This document shows positions 61,803 through 64,000 of a DNA stretch of 64,000 nt, one piece after another. The position numbers and the translations under genes were made by a program. The notes under the pieces were generated by a model, which searched no databases, was not told the origin of the DNA, and saw nothing but the letters and a program-made list of their open reading frames with translations. Position 1 is the stretch's first letter. Each line of letters begins with the position of its first letter. Origin of the DNA: an uncultured Candidatus Rokubacteria bacterium (GTDB lineage Bacteria; Methylomirabilota; Methylomirabilia; Rokubacteriales; CSP1-6); the NCBI GenBank assembly GCA_963758635.1, contig CAVWWD010000007.1, positions 256,001 to 320,000 on the forward strand, written 5' to 3'.

Positions 61803-62527
61803 GCGCCAACCCCGCCGACCTCGCGCCCGCCGGGGTCACGGCGCTCTTCGTCGTCCTGGTGCTCGTGATGGCCGCGCTCTGCGTGGTCGGCGTCGCCGCC
61901 GCCGCCCGGTCGGCCGGCTGGTCCGCCCGCGCGCCGATCGTCACCGCGGTGGCGCTCGCGGCGTGGCTGGCCCTCACCGCCGGCCTCGCCGCCTCCGGGG
62001 CCATCGCCGACTTCAGCACCCTGCCGCCGCGCTTCCTCTTCCTCTTCGTGCCGACGCTCGCCGCGCTCGTGGCGCTCGGCCGCTCGCGCGCCCTGGCTCC
62101 GCTCCTCGCCGCCGCGCCGCCCACGTGGGCCGTGCACGCGCAGAGCTTCCGCATCGTCGTCGAGGTGGTGCTCTGGCTCCTCGTGGCCTCGAGGGCGGTG
62201 CCCGAGATCATGACCTTCCACGGGCACGGGAGGAACTTCGACATCCTGGTCGGGCTGACCGCGCCCATCGTGGGGTGGGCGTGCCTGACGGCGCGCCGCT
62301 GGCCGCGCGGGGTGGCGATCTGGTGGAACGTGGCGGGGATCCTCGTGCTCGTCAACACCGTGCTGCACGCGCAGCTCGCGGCGCCGACGCGCTTTCAGCG
62401 CATCGTCACCGACCCGCCCATCACGTTGATCGTGTCCGTGCCCTACGTGTGGCTGGCCGCCTTCCTGGTCCCGCTGGCCTGGGGGCTCCACGTGATCTCG
62501 ATCCGCCAGCTCCGCCGCCCGGGCTGA
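61799..62527 (+). CDS. integral membrane hypothetical protein
   Basis: about 7 TM helices, QSFRI, GRNFDILVG, PYVWLAAFLVP. Confidence 0.8.
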   Translation: MSANPADLAPAGVTALFVVLVLVMAALCVVGVAAAARSAGWSARAPIVTAVALAAWLALTAGLAASGAIADFSTLPPRFLFLFVPTLAALVALGRSRALAPLLAAAPPTWAVHAQSFRIVVEVVLWLLVASRAVPEIMTFHGHGRNFDILVGLTAPIVGWACLTARRWPRGVAIWWNVAGILVLVNTVLHAQLAAPTRFQRIVTDPPITLIVSVPYVWLAAFLVPLAWGLHVISIRQLRRPG

Positions 62528-62549
62528 CCGCCGGGCGTCCTCGCTCGGG

Positions 62550-63242
62550 TTACCGGCTGGGCGCGGCGGGGGGAGCGGGAGCGGCCGGAGCGGGTGCGGC
62601 TGGCGCGGGTGCGGCTGGCGCGGGCGCGGCTGGCCCCGGGGCGCCCGGCGGCACGACGTCGACGACCTTCAGCTCGAACACGAGCGTCTTGCCGGCCAGC
62701 GGATGGTTGAGGTCCAGCACCACGCTCGCGTCCTTGACCTCCTTCACCGTGACCTGCCGCGCCTGTCCGGCCGGATTGCGCGCGAGGAGCCGCGTGCCCA
62801 CCACGAGCGTGCCCTCGGGCAGCATGGTCTTCGGCACCTCGGTCTGGGCGGCCGGGTCGACGGCGCCGTAGGCCTCCTCGGGCCCGAGCGTGACCTTCTT
62901 CTCCTGCCCGGCGTGGAGGCCCTTGAGCTCCTTCTCGAGCCCGGGAAGGATCTGCTGCTGGCCGTGCGTGTAGCGGAGCGGCTCGCGCTCCTTGGTCGAG
63001 TCGAGGACGGCCCCCGCGGTGTCCTTGAGCGTGTACTCGATCCGTACCGTGGACCCCTCCTCGATGGTCGGGGTCGCGGCGGTCGGCGCGGCCGGCCGTG
63101 TCTCGGCGGCGGGCGGCGTGGCGGGTCGATCCTGGGCGGCGATCTCCGGCGCGCCGAGGAACGCGGCGCCGAGGAGCGCGGCGCCGAGGACGACCCACGG
63201 CGATGCGACGGCGGTCCGGGTGCGTGCGGTCATCGTGCTCAT
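62550..63242 (-). CDS. FKBP-type peptidyl-prolyl isomerase (SlyD/SlpA-like) with signal peptide and Pro/Ala tail
   Basis: VRIEYTL, PGLEKEL, PEEAYG, DLNHPLAGKTLVF. Confidence 0.9.
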   Translation of the reverse strand: MSTMTARTRTAVASPWVVLGAALLGAAFLGAPEIAAQDRPATPPAAETRPAAPTAATPTIEEGSTVRIEYTLKDTAGAVLDSTKEREPLRYTHGQQQILPGLEKELKGLHAGQEKKVTLGPEEAYGAVDPAAQTEVPKTMLPEGTLVVGTRLLARNPAGQARQVTVKEVKDASVVLDLNHPLAGKTLVFELKVVDVVPPGAPGPAAPAPAAPAPAAPAPAAPAPPAAPSR

Positions 63243-63317
63243 GCCGCCATGCTATCCTACGAATGGAGGCGCAGCCACGAGTCGCCCCGGTGGCGTCGCC
63301 GCCTCCCTTCCTAGACC

Positions 63318-63503
63318 ATGGCCGAAGACAGCACGCGCCGACTGCTCAAGGTTCTCGGGATGTCGGTCACCGACTTCGAGGATGCGGTCGAGGCCGGTGA
63401 CGTTGCCAGCGCGCGCAAGGCCGAGGCCGAGATGCGCCCCGCGCTCCAGGAGCTGATCGCGCTGGTCGAGGGCCTCTCGGAGCGCGCCGCCAGGCTGCCG
63501 TAG
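63318..63503 (+). CDS. small hypothetical helical protein
   Basis: 61 aa ORF with host-like codon usage. Confidence 0.55.
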   Translation: MAEDSTRRLLKVLGMSVTDFEDAVEAGDVASARKAEAEMRPALQELIALVEGLSERAARLP

Positions 63504-63514
63504 CCGTTCCCCGC

Positions 63515-64000
63515 GTGGCCGCTCGGCCCCTTCCGCGACGCCTCCGGCACGACCCTGACGCTTTCCGCGCCGCCCCGGCGCATCGTCTCCCTCGTCCCCA
63601 GCATCACCGAGACGCTCTTCGCCCTCGGGGCGGGGGACGACGTCGTCGGCTGCACGATCTACTGCCGCGAGCCCGCGGACGGCGTGGCCACCAAGACCCG
63701 CGTCGGCGGCGAGAAGAACCCGCGGCTCGACGTGATCCGAGACCTTGGCGCCGACCTCGTCGTCGCCAACGTGGAGGAGAACGTGCGTGAGCACGTGGAG
63801 ACCCTGCGCGGCTGGGGTGTGCCGGTGTACGTCTGCTATCCGCGCACGGTGGCCGAGGGCATCCGCCTCGTCCGCGACCTCGGCGAGGTCACGGCGCGGG
63901 CAGGCCGGGGCGCGGAGCTGGCCGGGGAGCTCACCGCCGCCCTCGACGCGGTGCGCGCGGCTTCGGCTGCGCGGCGGGCGAGGGTCTTCTGTCCCATCTG
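63515..64000 (+). CDS. periplasmic helical-backbone metal/cobalamin-binding protein (BtuF-like), runs off the window end; probable indel near the start
   Basis: PRRIVSLVPSITETLFALG...VG...GGEKNP...DLVVANVEEN. Confidence 0.85.

Noticed and set aside
63318..64000. In-frame TAG between the 61 aa ORF and the BtuF-like frame as possible amber readthrough (pyrrolysine)
   Set aside because: A GTG at 63515 plus one indel explains it in an indel-rich assembly; no pyl genes are visible.

Overview
A 64 kb stretch of a very GC-rich bacterial chromosome. Gene content and style resemble Ca. Rokubacteria/Methylomirabilota (inference, not tested). More than 20 single-base frameshifts interrupt otherwise well-conserved genes, which fits long-read assembly errors better than pseudogenisation. 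The backbone carries two histidine kinase/sigma-54 activator pairs, pepN, acs, citrate synthase, an M16 peptidase pair, qor, aroK and a DapF homologue. It also carries a dispersed corrinoid methyl-transfer set: a split MetH, a YitJ-like protein, a DUF169-MtaA/URO-D fusion, a PF13769-like protein, a TonB receptor and a BtuF-like protein. The best candidate for an undescribed system lies in an accessory segment (~23.8-33.0 kb). It is a sigma-54-driven three-gene module encoding a LysM/peptidoglycan-binding protein, an unusual large Amidase_3 enzyme with a ~225 aa insertion, and a beta-propeller lipoprotein. This looks like a cell-wall effector/immunity cassette and is followed by a truncated cyclase and an IS91-like relic. 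Other notable signals are two dispersed MITE/REP-like repeat families, a 27 bp tandem array in a divergent promoter, a triplicated 35 bp gene junction that forms a chain of ATGA-coupled mini-ORFs, a Ser/Ser DapF, and many apparently leaderless genes. No rRNA, tRNA or CRISPR array was recognised.
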